Shown: piece by piece, positions 39,361-55,100 of the stretch
Layout of the letters: each line of letters begins with the position of its first letter
Numbering within the stretch: position 1 is the stretch's first letter
NCBI GenBank assembly: GCA_040954595.2
Contig: CM082581.2
Location: forward strand, 10,043,099 to 10,107,098
DNA: 64,000 nt
Origin: Balanoglossus misakiensis
Lineage: Eukaryota; Animalia; Hemichordata
Direction of reading: 5' to 3'
Position numbers and translations under genes: made by a program
Notes under the pieces: generated by a model
Databases searched by the model: none
Told to the model about the DNA's origin: nothing
Seen by the model: only the letters and a program-made list of their open reading frames with translations

Positions 39361-42119
39361 TGTCACTTTGCCTTCATTCAGCTGAGATATACTGTCAACG
39401 TGAAATAAGAGTATTTTCATAGTAGCTATAGCGCAACGAATTTTATGAACATCTTAGAAGAGTAGCATAAGATCCCCATACGGCCCTTTCCCTGTTTATC
39501 AGTACACAGAGCGTTTATCCTCCCATGATAAACGTAATTCTTGCCAAAGTGTTTTACAAGCATCTCTTGTCACGTTTTTAAAAATTAAATAAAATATCAT
39601 TTGAACGATTAGTGTTCGCAGTAATAATACTACATCGTTACAGAGTCTTCTACCATTGCACCAACGGAATAAACAAACAACAACTTTTAGTGATTTTCAA
39701 TGAATTCAAATCAGCACCAGTTTCGTGACGAGATATGTAAACATAACTTCGTGCAAAAGGTACACTCGACATGAACGTCACAGGAATGATATCCTCCACA
39801 AAAAAAGCATATGCTATCCTGTGTACTTTGAACCTGTACTCTTTGTTTTACACAAAAGAAACTTTTTATGAAGAAATCTTGCGTGGTCGTGTCTCTATTT
39901 ATTGCCCTTCTCTTTGTAGTTGTCAATACCAAATACAAGTAATTCACAAAATGTAATAAACGTATAAATCACATGCTTACACCCGTTTTATATTACTTCC
40001 TGGTTATTCCATTTCTGTTTTGTCCTAAGGTATGTTTTGCGCTTCTTCTTTTTTTAGTATTTTCGTATAGTTTCTTATTCGCTGCCATGTGGTATGCTGA
40101 CAAAGATTGCGGACTACTTCCCACGTGACACAATGGTCATTGAATCCCTCTCTCCTCTTGGCAAATGTCTACATATTCCTCGGTGAAACCATCTGATTAA
40201 ACACATGTACATTAAACATACCCTTAAAATGGATATAACATTATTTCAGGGCTTGAGGCAAGAAACATAGTCTTACGCGCAGGGAAATCGCTTTCTTCCA
40301 CATATATCCAAGCATGTATATAAGAAAAGTGACATTTACACAGTGACTCTTCGATTACTAGGCTTAATATACAGTTCTCGTTAATTACACCGGAATGGAA
40401 AATATTGCCTCTCGTTTTTATTCTGAATGTCAGAATTGCTTAAAAGTTACAGGGTTCGACTTGTGTGTCCTTCCACACCGAAAATGTCACATTAATAAAG
40501 GTTACAACACTGTAGTTTTATTGCAAATCGATCTGCAGTCATTAAAACCTTGGCGTTACAGTAAAGGCCGGGCACGGCGAACCGTGACCGATCGACTACA
40601 TTCATTGTTCGGTCAACAGTGCCGTCAAATTCATTAAATCTTGATAAAACCCTAAATAAACTAGGCAATTTGATTAAACGCTGATCCTAATGTCGTTTCG
40701 TCTAATCGGAGATGTCAGCAATCACTATTAATTGTCCAGTGTGTCCATTTTAGAAATGATGTCTCATTTATTTGAGAACGTTTGGATAATTCAAAGTACA
40801 GCGCGGCCACCCATGAAAATTTTTGAAGTTTCGCGCAAAATCCTTGTATAATAGGATATTTTGACAAACCCTGTAACACGGGTTATTTTAATATGGTCAT
40901 CCATGAATTATAATTGAGACATGATAATTCGTGGCACTATTTGATTGAAGCTTCATGACAACTGTACTGTAACCGCGGAGTGATCCATCATTCAGTGTTA
41001 ACAGCACGGGAAAAAAACCTGCGCCTCTCTCCTGTGGTGGGTGAATTCGCAGAGTACCTCGGGGGGAGTAACGATGGCAGACAGAAGCCCTGGTATTGTC
41101 ACAGGCATTCCTTAGAAACTTGCTCAGTCCCCCCCCCCCCTTTCTCCCGTGTAGTGACTGACGTGCACACAAAATGGGTCCCTAGGTTATGGCGTGTCTC
41201 GCTTCAAGGCAGCAAACCGTCAATAATTGAGAGGCAGAAAAGAAGTACCTCGGGACATCTGCAAATGCCTCCAAGTGAGCCGACAAAATCTGAGGGAAAG
41301 TTGCCTATGTGTATAATATACCAAAATTGTCGTCTGTTAAACTTATAAGAAAAGTAGTCATTACTAAGAACTCTATTATTTATAATACGCATATACGGAT
41401 ACGTAAACGCATGCCTGCGGTAAATATGACTTCATCGTTTCGTGGTGATTAACACAAACCATTCCTCGCTGCACTGATTTATGGAAAAGTGGATTTTGAA
41501 AAATCATAGACACAGTGTGATATAAAATAAAAACGTTCCTCTTTTTTATGATTGAGTTGACCCCTGTCAAATTTGCCGTCGATCTGCTACATCGCCTACG
41601 CACGACATTTCAGGCACTGTGGGATTGGTTTGGGCTTCTCACCCGTTTAGTTGCTTCCTCCACTTTTGAGAAACGATGTTTCTCCGTGAATGTTTCACTG
41701 AAATTACCCCCCCCCCCCCCTCCAGTCCAAATGAGCGGTGGGGCTATTTGCCTGTGCGGTCGCGCAGGGATAAATCAAGCCAATTATAAAGTAATGCGGC
41801 AACATAACTACGTTTCTGTTTTGTGTCACGCAAGATAAAAATCACAGAATATTATGCAGGGCATTTTCTCCCGAATCCAACGCTTACACCTTTCTATAAT
41901 ACTGAAGTAATCTTTAAGGAGAAACTTTTATATCTGGATCAAGTTTCCACGATACTTGTTGTTCATCGACAAGGTCCACAACCTGTGAGACATCGATACG
42001 AGGATTCGGAGATATACTCCTTGTGTCGGAATCTCCCCGTATAATGATTTTCAATCGGAAACAAGGAAGACATCCACTGTGCCAGTGATCAAAACAATGT
42101 ACGAATATGAACGTTTGTC

Positions 42120-42860
42120 AAAGAAACGGGATATGGAAAATGATACCGCCATATTCTGACGACGCCAGCGGATTCTAGCAATTTGTGAACGCAGCATGAT
42201 TAGTGTGATTAGTATCCCTACATTGCTACCGCTTCTTTTGCTCTCTTCTTCCTCAATGCTGCAGGCAGAAATATCCTTCGGTTTTCACTACTGCTGTGTG
42301 AGTCGAACCTTTGTTTTACCAAGGCCTACATTTCCAGGCCAGTGACTTTTGAAGGCGAGTCGCGGATATCTCGTGTTCCGCGTTGCTTGCAATTTGGTTT
42401 CATATTATCGCTTCAACGATTTCGACATATTGAAACAGGATCGTGACACGGAGACTAATTTTAATCACAGGTTTAAAGAACCTCAAATGTATCCTCTTTA
42501 CGAATTCAATTCTTATTATACTCAGGCTACCCTGTGTCGCTGACATCCTCAATGAAAGTGTGCTCAATACAAGGTTTCCGAGTGAAATTTACCAATCGAC
42601 CATTCCGGTTTCATTATAACTACAGAAACAAATTCTGTCGCCTGAAGAAGCTCTCATGTTTTCAAGAAGCAAACGCATGTTCGACAGTATCCTCTTGGAA
42701 AATGGTCATTAGTAATAAAATTGTGGAGGAAATGCTCAACCTTTCCCCAACTGAAAAGTCAGTAGGGAATGGAATGGCATCGGCCATCGACAGGACAGAA
42801 AGATGGCTTCAGAAGATAAATTCAAAAATGCTTTTAGACAAACGTTGGCGGGAATTTCTA
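42120..42860 (+). mobile_element. Decayed non-LTR retrotransposon (LINE) RT / C-terminal fragment
   Basis: YSDD at 42152-42163, KASRGYLVFRV at about 42352 (~KASRRLY.LR) and FP...REWNG...SEDKFK at about 42745-42825 (~FPRTIREWN...FK), spread over frames with stops. Confidence 0.45.
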
Positions 42861-45800
42861 CACAACTAATGCACACAGATAAAGCTACAGCATTCGAATT
42901 ATTTGCAATTCGTGTGGGTGCTTGGCAGATGTTTATCTGTCTTGTGCATCGACTTTTCGATGAATCTTGTCGGGGGAAAATTTGATTGTATAGTTTAGGA
43001 GGACCCCCTAAGATAACGTTAAACTTTATTTGTAACTCACAGAAAGCATTTTGAAATACATACTTCTTTAAGTATTTATTATTTGACACCTACGGTAGTT
43101 TATACAGTAGGCCTATATCTCTTTTAGCAACACCTATTACATTAGCCGTTTCTGCTTTAATATACATCTCGGATAAACCGCAAATGAAAAAAGTACAAAG
43201 TTCCATGCTTGGTTATGAAGTAGAGCATATCACTAGAAAATTGAAAAAACACGTTGTGTAGATTTACGAGTGGGATTTTATTATTCTAGCCGATGTGCAT
43301 ATGTTCACACATTTCAGAAGATCAGGAAACTTCACAAAGTTGACTGTTGAAAAATAGCTTACCGGTGGCGTTTTAAAGTAACATTAATCCTCGCCTATGC
43401 CTCTTCTTAATACCTCATTTCCTAAGAGAAAATGTGTTGATTTTCAACGTCAGAGGTGGGATTTGCGGTTTCTTACGAAATCCGTTCGATATGGCCGGCG
43501 GTTAAGCTAAATACACCGTGGAAGTTTAATAAGTCTGTTAATTTTCATTTGACTACAACAGTCTGTACAATTTGCTATAGGTCGAAGTGGATGTTTTACA
43601 GGTCGGTTGACTAGTTGCACCACGTTCGCGAACGATATATTGTGATCTCAAAGTGCTCTATTTTCGCGGCGCGTTAAGTCAGCGGCATTAGCAGATGTAA
43701 CATAACCTTTATAGATTTTCGCAATTGACGCGCTTGATGGCATTCTGTGATCTGACTAGACGATTCGTGTGCTTAAACTTCAATTGGCAGATTATCTGCG
43801 TGTTAAAGGTCGTTTGCCAGATTACCTCAGTGTTAACGCTCTCTCAAAACTGACAAAAAAAATACATCAGCGTGTTCCGAGGCAGTAACCGACACACCGC
43901 GGAGCTCGAAGGCTCAGGTGAGAATGGAGAACGGGGGCCGTGAAGAACCTGCACTTGAAGTAATCGTACCTCGGGGATTTGTGTCTCTCCGAGTAATAAT
44001 TAAGCCCGAGTCACTATCACTGCCCGAGATTTAAGAAGTCATCTTTTGGATGATTGGCTGTCAGTAGTCATATCATGGACATTGACATCAATTGAAGCCA
44101 GCGAAATGTGATGACTATCGTGGGTTCTCCTTTTGTGCCACGCCGAACACCTGGGAAATTAACTTACACTGACCCCCTCCGTCACCCTGGCAGCAAAAAC
44201 CGCACTTTCTATTGAAAATAAAATATCATCCATTCTCAACACTTCGCCAATGAAGCGTGACACTGATAACGTTTAGACTTTCAAATAGAGAACTTGATTG
44301 CAGCTCTTAAAGCGCCTCTGCGCGGAACGCTTACAAATATTACTTCAAGTGGTGACACGCGTATAACACTAGGAGAAATAAGAGACGGAATTTCACAAGC
44401 CCGCAATTCAACTCACATGTGGGTATTGATAAATATACATGAACAGGGGGCACTTGACAACACCTTCTGTGCGATAAAAAACACTGTGGTACTTTGTGTT
44501 CGTCACGTTTTGTGAATAATTGTATGTAAGTCTGGTGTTTCAATCTGCTTGTGAGTTAGCTGGTTAGATTTTGTCACTGTCGGCGTAATTAGGTTGACTT
44601 TTCAGAGAATTCTTCTCAGCGGTAATAATTCAAACCCACACCTCCTACATGTATAATAAATAAATCATACAGAGATGGAGATCATACTAATCTTATTGAG
44701 CAGAAAGAAGTTGTGCCGCTACGTTCATTTTGATTGTATCATTTGGGGTAATAATTGTGGGTAATTACAGTAGGTTTACAATTCTAAATCTCGCGGTTTT
44801 GGATGGCGTGGTACACCTACCTCCTTAAAACAGAATTTACACTGTATAATGACTTTTAGGGGGTGTTAATTTTCGCACTGCCTGTTTACGTCACTTCCGC
44901 ATCAATTATTCAAATAGAATCTGCAACTTTTGGTCGGCAAAGAGTTATGATCAATATACATTAACACTTAGCTGTCCGCTGCCATTACATTTGTCGTGTA
45001 GTGAAGGAAGACGATGTTTTCGTTGACTTCTGTGCGAAAAATCTAACCTCTGAAAGGTCATAGATACACGCAAAAATAGATTTATATAGGTAAAACGCCG
45101 CTGTCAAATAAAAATCAGAACGTGCTTCCGGAAGTTGCGCTACACGCATGCTGTAAATTCCTTTACACAGGTGTGTAGGTCACTTTAAGTCAGGAAGTAC
45201 GACTTTATGTCAATTTAAGAAACCCAGTAAATCCAGGTTGTGATACAGTTAACATTACAACCGCACATAGTTAACCAGCATTACACCCACGCACCTTTGA
45301 CTTATTGCCCACTGACAGTTCTCACAAAACACGAAATTGAATTAGACACGAACGGCGGGCCGTCGTTTATCACAGCAAGGAAAGCGTCTTTCTGGCCAAG
45401 AGTAAACCCTAATGAAATTACCTGTAATTTGTAATTCGCGACGATATAAATAGGGACGCGGATCTGATCTCCCCCCATGTAGCTATTTGCACATCATCGT
45501 TTCAAAAGCCACAAAGCGCAGTCAGACTCTAAACGTCTGTTTTATTTGATTAGGATCGATGGCCACCACGATCACGTGAAAGATCAGTATACTTTTTATG
45601 CCTAGCCTCCTAACTAACTGCACTAGTATCTTGTTACTGCTGTTCCGGAACAACGTTCAGTTGCAGAGCACGTAAAAAGCCCGAAGTAATTTGAGTCCTC
45701 GGTCATCAAGGTATTAGGACGTCTCGGAAGCAGCCTCGTGACACATTTTCTTGTGCTAATTTCCAAATATATATATATATGAAAATTAATTAATAAATGA

Positions 45801-48800
45801 ATCCTACGAAGACAAATTTAAACAATATTGTGTTAAATTTCCATATCAGCGTTAACATAGAACGAAATATTTATACTACTATATGTATCTCTAACAAACA
45901 ATACTCTGGATAATTAGAGGCAAAAATAATAAAAACAAAGGGAGTGCCATATAGTTTAGGTTGGTGGCGTCCCTACACCAATGAACACTTGTTTGAATAT
46001 GACTACCTCAATTGGAGTGGTTGTGTTGTCAAGCAGCCATTGGCTGAGTAGTGTGATTTATTGTCGCTTTATCAACAATATGTCTGACAATTTATATGAA
46101 AAATGCCTTTTATATTCAAAGAGGACAATCTGTAATTTGATGGTGAACAGCATGGTACTGTAAGTGTAACTTTTGCAAGAACACTGTAATTCTCGGTGGG
46201 GACAGGTGTAACTTACAGTCTTTTCTGTATCAAATCACAGTTCCTCCACACACATACAACTCCCTACAGCATGCTAAAATTACCCTGTATTGTGCCTGTC
46301 AAAATAGCCTGTATGTTAGAGCAAATTGAATTCCAGTCATAGCCATTTCACAAAGGCGACAGCCACATTTGGAATTTATATGGACACAACCACTGGCAAT
46401 TCAACACAACTTTTTCCCATGATTAGAATTTGTCTTGAAGAAAATCAGTTTAAAAGCCATTAGCAGCCATTAGTGTGCTCTGCTAAAACATAAATGCATT
46501 TTCTCTTTCAAAGTGACCTGTCCAGGCGTGTCCATTTTACCTTTTGTATTCAACTGACAAACTGCACCCCACCCAAGGCCAAAAGTATTACACAAACTCC
46601 TTGAGCCACCCTGAGGTCCAAACCGCAAACCACAATGAGTGACTCACCTGTTAATGTTTACTGTGTAATCAGAGATCTCGGATCAAATTTACATGAAACC
46701 TGTCAACATGACATGCTCCAAATGCGACATGCTAATTACGTGACTAAACGCATGCAACCAGTGGCACGCAGGGACCAGGATACAGACAGGACTTCTGTGA
46801 CCCATTCCATACGGGTGTCAACAGGACTCATCTCATGTTGACACACACCAAGCAGAAAACCTATCCTCTCACACCGAGTTGGAAGCACACACACGACACA
46901 TTACACGACTGAATTACAAATGAAAAGAAAGGATAGTTTTAATCTGAACTCGATGAAAGTAAAACAAGAATATTCTTCAGTCTGATGCAGTACAAGTGAA
47001 CTGTCGAGGGTCATTTGCTCGTTTGCATCATCAGCCCCGTCATACATTTCACTTTTCATAATTCAAACCTTCAAAGACCTATAACCAGACGCCAGAATGC
47101 AACGGAAATGAAATTAGAAGTCTGAACATTGTGATTTCAGGAATTGTACAATGTCAGTGTCAGGTATCCTTAAAAAATATCGCAAATTCTCTTAAGTGAA
47201 GAGAAAATTGTAATGACAAAAAATCAAGAGAAATGCCCAGTTTTAACACTGAAAGAGAAATATATCTAAAATACTGACGGTGCCGTTTCTTGCAACATCC
47301 CTGTGATAGAAATATTATAAACAATAACGACTTGAATATCGATTTTCATTTGTAAATAAATACTGTGGCAGCAAAGTATTTTTGCAAGTTAAATACACCC
47401 TTATTATTAACCAAAATTTTGTCTATATGAATGTTGTGACTGTGTGTGTTCATATTTGAACTTGGCTAGTTTTTGAATATCAACATCAATGGACCATACA
47501 ACCACAGCATGTACTGTGTTACATGCAATAATGATATGATTGAATTTGTGGATTGGAATTATCATTTCAGGATTGCTAGGCAACCAAAGCTGCCTTTCTA
47601 AATTTCAGTATACCTTCGTATATTTAAAATTGAATGATTTTTGAGAGAGAAAAAAAAACGGTCGTTGTGAATAAACACTGTATGCCACTGACACCCATAT
47701 TAAAGGAAACAATCTGATGAGAAGGATTGCTACAGAGAAAAACCATTGCACTTGGAATGTCCACTGTCAAATTCAAATGTGATCAATTGGAAATCAAACA
47801 CCACATTTTTTCAACCTTCATCCAATCATTGGTAGAGGTGTGACATTATTAAATACATGTGTAAGGAGAGAACAATATACAACGTATAGCTGCAAAATAT
47901 TAAATCATAAAACTTTGTTCATGATTAGGGTGCATGTGAATGTGTGTGTAAATCTCACATTCATATAATTTAAATCTCTAACTGCTGCTATAACACAAAC
48001 AAATTTAATTTCAGACTTAAATATTATGCAATGCATTAAACTATACAAAAACACAGACAAATTATTGCTTTGTAGTATTAAAATCCCATTTTCAGCAATT
48101 CCAAGCTTCAGCCCATTTCTGCCATGTACTTATTAGCAATACAACTTAGACATTTCTGGCGACACAGCCTAGATCATGTAGACAGGAGTATCTCAAAAAG
48201 CCTGCCTTCAGAGAAAGAAACTGCTCTTCACATCACAACTCAAATAAGTATATTTATCCAAACAATATGGAGAGAGAAAAAATAAGAATCTGAGAAGAGA
48301 AATGTCAAAATACACCCAGTAAAATATATTTTTTATTTTATAGCAGCAAATATATGTAGGAGGGAATATAAAACTTGTAAGAGTACCCAGAACACGTGAT
48401 TTATGTGATGTGCTCGATGTTTGCGGTATGAAGCGTCACTCTTAATACTCAAACATGAGGTAATTTTGCGTTGTATTGATGAGATTGATCTATCTCTTTC
48501 AAGATCAACATTGACTAACATCTTGAAGTAAGTATGGAACTTTTATAGGGTCATTTAGTGATGGCTTGACAGAAAGAGGGACGGAGGGAGAGTTGGTGGG
48601 GGGGGGGGTCACACTTTGAAAGGCAGTGTGACGAGTTAAAAGAGGCAGTTTTCCAGCCCTGGTTTTTCGCGTTAGTTCCTGTTGACACCCGAGTGTGTGT
48701 GTGTGTGTTGTGGAAACCCTTTGGTTTTCCATTGAGATTTAATCCATTTGCTTTCCACTAAAGCCGATAAGAATGGTTGGCTGATGAATACAGCCAAGTA

Positions 48801-49169
48801 AAAAGCTCTCACGCAAAGAACATGAAATTGTCAGCAAAGAAAGTAGCAGAACAGAAAAAAAAGAGCCAATCACTGGGTTCTTTAGGACAGCAATAAATAT
48901 AGTGGGGTGCAAACATCTTCAGGTAATCCACTGTTTGCAAATATGGTTTTGAAGAACAAAACCTGCAGCACACTCATTTCTCGCTCTTTTCTCTTTTCAA
49001 ATGAGATTTGTTTTAAATATCAAAATAAAATAATATATTTTTCTCCCCTGAACTCTCTACGATTTAATAGTATGCACCCAGATTATTGTGATTTGATAAA
49101 ATCATGTGGCTTAAGGTGCTCTACCAGTATCAACTGGGGTGACTCTCTGGTGCTGGGGACAGGGAAAGC

Positions 49170-52100
49170 TTAGTAGAGACGCCTTGTGGCATATTCCAAC
49201 ACCAGACTCGCTGCTCCCAGGAGGGCTGGCTCCTTGAGGTCTGAGACGGCCAGTTTGACGTCCTGGGCCGAGGGCAGAGCTTTCTCTTTGATGGTAGCTC
49301 TGGCGCCCTCTACCAGGACATTGGCCATAACTCCACAGAGGACAATGAGTGACGGATTCAGCAAGTGCAGTATGCTGACGATGGCTGTGCCCAAGGCTTT
49401 ACCACCTGAAAAGAGAGAAGAATATGGACATAAAAATCTGATTATCACCGAATTTGACAGTAAGCCACTTAAATACCGGAGTGATGAAGTGGATCTTCAT
49501 AAAACAATGCCTTACCCATATCGATCACTTTCTGAGCTTGTTTATTGCCGAGCCTCGCTGCCTCTATAAGGTGTCTTGCCGACAATTCCTCATCATCGTC
49601 AATCATCATACCATCAACGATCAGCTGTCCAGCTAGAACGGAAGGATACAATGAGATTGTTATTTCTAACACATCATGTAACGTGTCGTGACTTGCAACA
49701 GTTACAATTTCACAATTTGATTGGCCTATGCAATGAAACCAGACATAGCAATATATCATATGATTGATGCTTGGTGCATGGCGACTGTTCACCTATACAT
49801 AGTGGTTCAACCACTTAATCAAAATTACTTGGGACACTGTCAACACAAAAAACCTATGATAGTCTATATACTTTTCACCACTGATGACGTGCGAGCCTTT
49901 CACTTAATACTGACAACACGCGTAAACCATGACAGCTGTTGGCAGCATTTTGATTCAATATAAAATGTAATACGACACGTTTTGAAATCAGTTTACATAA
50001 ATCCAATTATAAATACGGCTCATATTTTAATACCAGGAGACTTATTATACATGAAACTGCAACTGAATATGGGGCAATAGAAATAAAGCTTTGCATAAAA
50101 TTTATCACCTTTTTTTCAGGTAGCTACCGCTTGAGTTATGGGCAACTGTTTTTGCATGAGCCTCATAGTCATATTATGTTAATAAACGCAGTGCCATTGG
50201 CAACCTCCCATCATGCATACATACCGGTATTAATGAAACACAGCAGGGGTGCATTTCTCAACACATGTTACCGGTGTAATCTTTTTGAGTAAAGGATTTA
50301 CCACAGCAGCAGTTTGTTTAAAAAGTAAACTATGCCGAACACCGCGGTTAAACTAATTCCAACGTCTCTCTAAACTACTGGTCTGCTAGCCACTCTGTTC
50401 CAAATATTCAAAAAAAAAAATAATTGTATGCCGTTTTAGCATACATTATGTAAATATTTTTTAATTTTATGAGTACATGTATTGAATAAGGCACCAGTGC
50501 TTAAGTTACATGCCAATAATAAATTATAATTAAATATTGAAGACCAGACTGAAGAATAAAGAAGCTGATGATGACAAATAGAACAAAAAATACAGGGGGG
50601 AAATGCTGACAGTTACAGCCATTCGAGGTTGAATGAAAACATCTCACATGAGAACGCGATAACATTACTCTTCAAGTTACATCCCCTCCCCCTCCCCACG
50701 TATTTTGTGGAAACTTGACATTACCTTGATGCAGCCTGCGAGCTTCTCTTGTGAACGCCAGACCAGAGCTGTAGGCTTCCACACATCCCCGACTGCCGCA
50801 CCCACAAGGCGGTCCGTCGATGTTGACAGCGATGTGTCCCAGCTCTGCCGCGCAGAAATTACTGCCATGCACAAGATTACCATTCAGCACAAGCCCACCT
50901 CCAATGCCTGTACAAAAAATATGGGTTCATTTTATTATAATCAGATCTTGACAGATGTTGATTTCACATGCGCACTGATATCATCAGGCCAGTAGCTGGA
51001 ACTCACGATTCTTATCATGATTTTTTTGTTTCTTGTTGTAATAATTCCAACAAATTACTAGAAACGGCACAACACAGCCTGAAAAGTTTTCTGTCGTTGT
51101 TGACCAACTGAATTGAGGTTCGGGATAAACCTTTGATGGCTGCGTAAACAGGCTGATTACTGTGCAGTTCAACATGCTCACTGGAGGAAGCAATTATCAA
51201 ATTACCTGTTCCAGTTGCAATGGTGAGAAAATCTTCAACTCCAAGCCCGTGGCCAAACTTCCTCTCTCCCAGAGCGGCACAGTTCCCATCATTATCCACC
51301 CAAACTGGCAGGTGCATTTTGGATGAAATCGGTGTCCTCAGATCGATGTTGCTCCATCCTGTGTATCAAATAGTCATCGTTCCAGTCAGAGATTAATTTT
51401 AAAACTCTGCGTGCAAAAGTTCTATATGGTTGGACACATTCCTACCATGCATGGATGGTTAAACAGGGTCAAACTGACATTTCAATGTTTGATAGTTTCA
51501 GTCTAATAAATTTTACAAAATCTCAAGGTTACGGTCTGAATGAGGTTATCTCTGGCACAATAGGGACTGAAAATAGCATTGTGGAGGGTAGAATAAGTCT
51601 GTTTCTTTCCACTGGCCACTAAGGTTACATCACTTTGACTGGGTCAAGACAAGCCCAGTAGCCCATGCAATGAAAAGGCTTTATACACAGAATTGAGCAG
51701 ACAGATCAAAGACTTTCTACAAAGAGCTCAAGGTGCTTCAAGGTACATCGCCTGGATAGACCTTTTCTCACAGCTAAGCCTTGCAGTGTCATGGAGTGAT
51801 TGATTGAAACAGTGGGAAAGGGAGATTTCTAAAGCAGGCTTGTTGGAGCGAGTCCACTTACCATCTAATGCTTTGGTGGAATGCATAACCAGTCCCTCAT
51901 GGGGGTTGACTCTTCCTCCAGTACTCACACCTGCAATTTGAACAATGTCAGAATTTTAGTAGTTTCTTTGAAAATATAACACCAGTATCTTTCAAGAGAA
52001 ATTGACTCTCTTAATCAAAGATTCCGGAACTCAGCACTGACACAAATCACTCTGTGTATATTTTGACACTGCACTGCCATGGAAACTAGATAATGATACC

Positions 52101-55100
52101 ATTTAATCACTACAGCGTCCCTCATTTATCTATACATGTACTCATCAGTCACATTCTGTACATATACCGGTACACTGAATAGTAAAATCTAACAAAATGC
52201 TGGCTGAGAGCCAGTACATTTTAGCATGCTGCTGGTTGTCTGTAGCACATGTTTTGTACAAGCTCAGCATCATGTCAGCTCAAGGTGTGTGTGAATGCAT
52301 GCAACTACGCCACTGTTTGACAGTTGACCCAGGTCGTTCGCATGACCTACAGTCTCTTTGAAATCTTAAGAGGGACGGCCCCCCTGCGCGAAATAAACAC
52401 ACCCCAGCAAGCGAAGAAGTTCCAAAGACATGAAAGAGGCCCATTCAGGAACCGTTAAACATAAATAGCTTTTTCTGCGTCTGGGGTCACTGACACTGCG
52501 ACCTTGAACAGACTTTGCCGCAGTTTTATGGTGGTTTTCATGACATTTCTGACGACTTAACAGACTCATCCAAATATACAATTACTGTCTCTGTCTACTC
52601 TGTCCTTCCAAAGATGGGTATGTTCAGCTGTATAAGTTTATGTGAAAGGCCACTCAATATAAACTCAATGAGGTGACAATTTCTTCCACAGCCTATCTTT
52701 CTCATCAGGAATTTGCACATGGCAAAGATGTGGTGAGATTGATTTTCATTTTGAATAAAACTGTCTATAGGATTGCTCCAAATAAGACACAAGGATGTGG
52801 CTGTCATATTGAGTCCCATTTTCATGTCTATTTGACAGAAAAGTTGTTGAAAGTTTGGGGGGCACAATCTTGCACTGGACGTTTTGGCATCCCTGCCAAT
52901 ACATGCTTATAGTTACCAAAGAGTCATAGAAGTGACTCAGCATTTGGTCAATGTGATTAAGAATTCAAGTAAGTAGGTTAAGGAGGTATGATTTCTGTAA
53001 CAGGTGGGGCAGACTTTCCTGTTAAAAATCTACTGTTGGACTAACCCCACCCGAACTGGCCCAAAACAGGCCACTGGCAATTTTCAATATACCAGTACTC
53101 TCCTTTGTAATGCATGGTTAAATGTGACCTTGCCACATTAGGAGTGGCTCTATACCTGTGCACCATCAATCCACCACACCCACTTTTGACAAAACTCACG
53201 ACTGCCCCAGAGGAATCTGTCGCTCACAAATTTATTTGGCACACTAGGACTCAGTCGCTTGGCACTTAAAATGCTGGCGCATAAGCCACTGCTGAAACTA
53301 GTCTTGTCTACAGTCTGATGCTGATAAGCATGATCGATGATGGTACAATGTACGCGTAACTGATAAAATCTTACTTTATAAACCAGATTGATGGGGCATA
53401 TTATCCCTCATATTTGAAAAGTTCACAAGAGGCACAGATGAGAAGTACCAAAAAATCGTGAAAAAAGCAGCCAAACAGATCACCAGGAAATGAATGAGAA
53501 AAATGCGCTGCACAGTAAACGTCAATGTTTAACTTGGTGATGGCGTACAGGCACGTCAGATTTGACCTTGAGAGATGTACTTCCGTGTACAGAGGAGTAC
53601 ACAATCTCTTGTGTGGGACTTTCGGCCATGTGAAAGATAACTGACCGAAATGACCCATCAAGCCTAATTCTGGGAATTGGTCATGCACAGTGAACTTACC
53701 CACGCCTAAAATTCTGCAGTTGTGACCAATGGCCTTCTGTGACGCTTCAACCAACATTCCCAACAATGTTTCCATCTTTTCTTGGTTGTTTGGTGGGGTT
53801 GGTTTGGTAAACATTTCAATGATTTTGCCCTGCAGAATAAAAGAGAAGAGATGACCATATTGAAACCAACAATATATACAGACCTCAAAGTATGACACAG
53901 CTGGGCCAGCCCACAGTTGCCGCTTTCCAGAGCCTAACGTGATTAACAACAGCATCATAATCTCAACATGATAACTGTAAAGGGTATTTGTAAGAATTTT
54001 AAGAGTATTAAAATACTGTTTAGGTGTATACGATATGTACAGTGTTTCCACTACATGCTGTACATGATTTGCACCTATCATTTAAATACGATTATGCAGC
54101 AGCTGTGATAACCCATATTCAACATAGGTTACACGACTAGTACAATTTATGAGCTATCGGTCTCTTTAGAATTTCCAAATTTTCTACTTAGTTATCGATC
54201 GTTTTAATCCGCAAGTTTCAGAGTTTATCTGAGTTTCAGAGATTATCTATTCAAAATCACTCAAAATTCCACAAGGTCCCAGAACAAATTTGGAAGTATT
54301 TGGGATCAAAAATGCCACATTCCAGGAGAAACGACACATTTCTTATTTACTTCTAAACACTGAGAAGTAAGATGTAAAGCTACCTTAAGATATAATATAC
54401 AATGAACAGTGGTTTGCATAATCAGAATGTCCAAAACATCTGTTGCAAACACACAATGATATCCAATTTTCCTATTTTAAATATCCCAATTTGCATAATG
54501 AAAATGGTAAAGGTAACACACATGTCAAACAGCTGGTACCTGAATTTTAGGATATCAGAGAGAATACAAACACACTTGTGATCATCTGGAATAAGTTTTT
54601 ATGTGGTAAAACTATTTTTATTGGAGTCTAGAAATATTATCTCTCGTCACTTACATATTCCCTCATGTAAAACTTTACATTCTGAACTTTGATCCTTTCT
54701 GGTAAGCTATGGCAATATCACAGGTTCACACTATTGCCCCCATTTGCATTTTAAATGGAAGACTATTGCCCCCATTTTCATTTTAAATGAAAGACATTAT
54801 TAGGGACATGAAACTGAAAACAGACTTTTACCTTTTTGCCAACAATAGCAACCCTAAGGTTGGTTCCTCCCAGATCAACAGCCAAGGCACTTTGGATTTC
54901 TAAGATGTGGTCGATATCTTGACTGATGCTATCCGGCATGGGTGGAAACACAAACTGTTTTTGAATGCACTCAGACAGATTGATTTCTTTCATGAACGTC
55001 ATGATTCTTGATACGGCATGACCATCACCATAGATGTAAGATCTGAAAAAGTTAGCAGGCTTGACTTTAGTGAAACCGCACCATTTGGGAAGGACTGCCT

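Noticed and set aside
49186-49569. 127-aa + strand ORF (also 55018-55401, 62547-63056, 61738-62079)
   Set aside because: Antisense to GNE or NANS exons.
53401-54081. 226-aa - strand ORF as a separate gene
   Set aside because: Only 53700-53829 is a GNE exon; the rest is intronic read-through.
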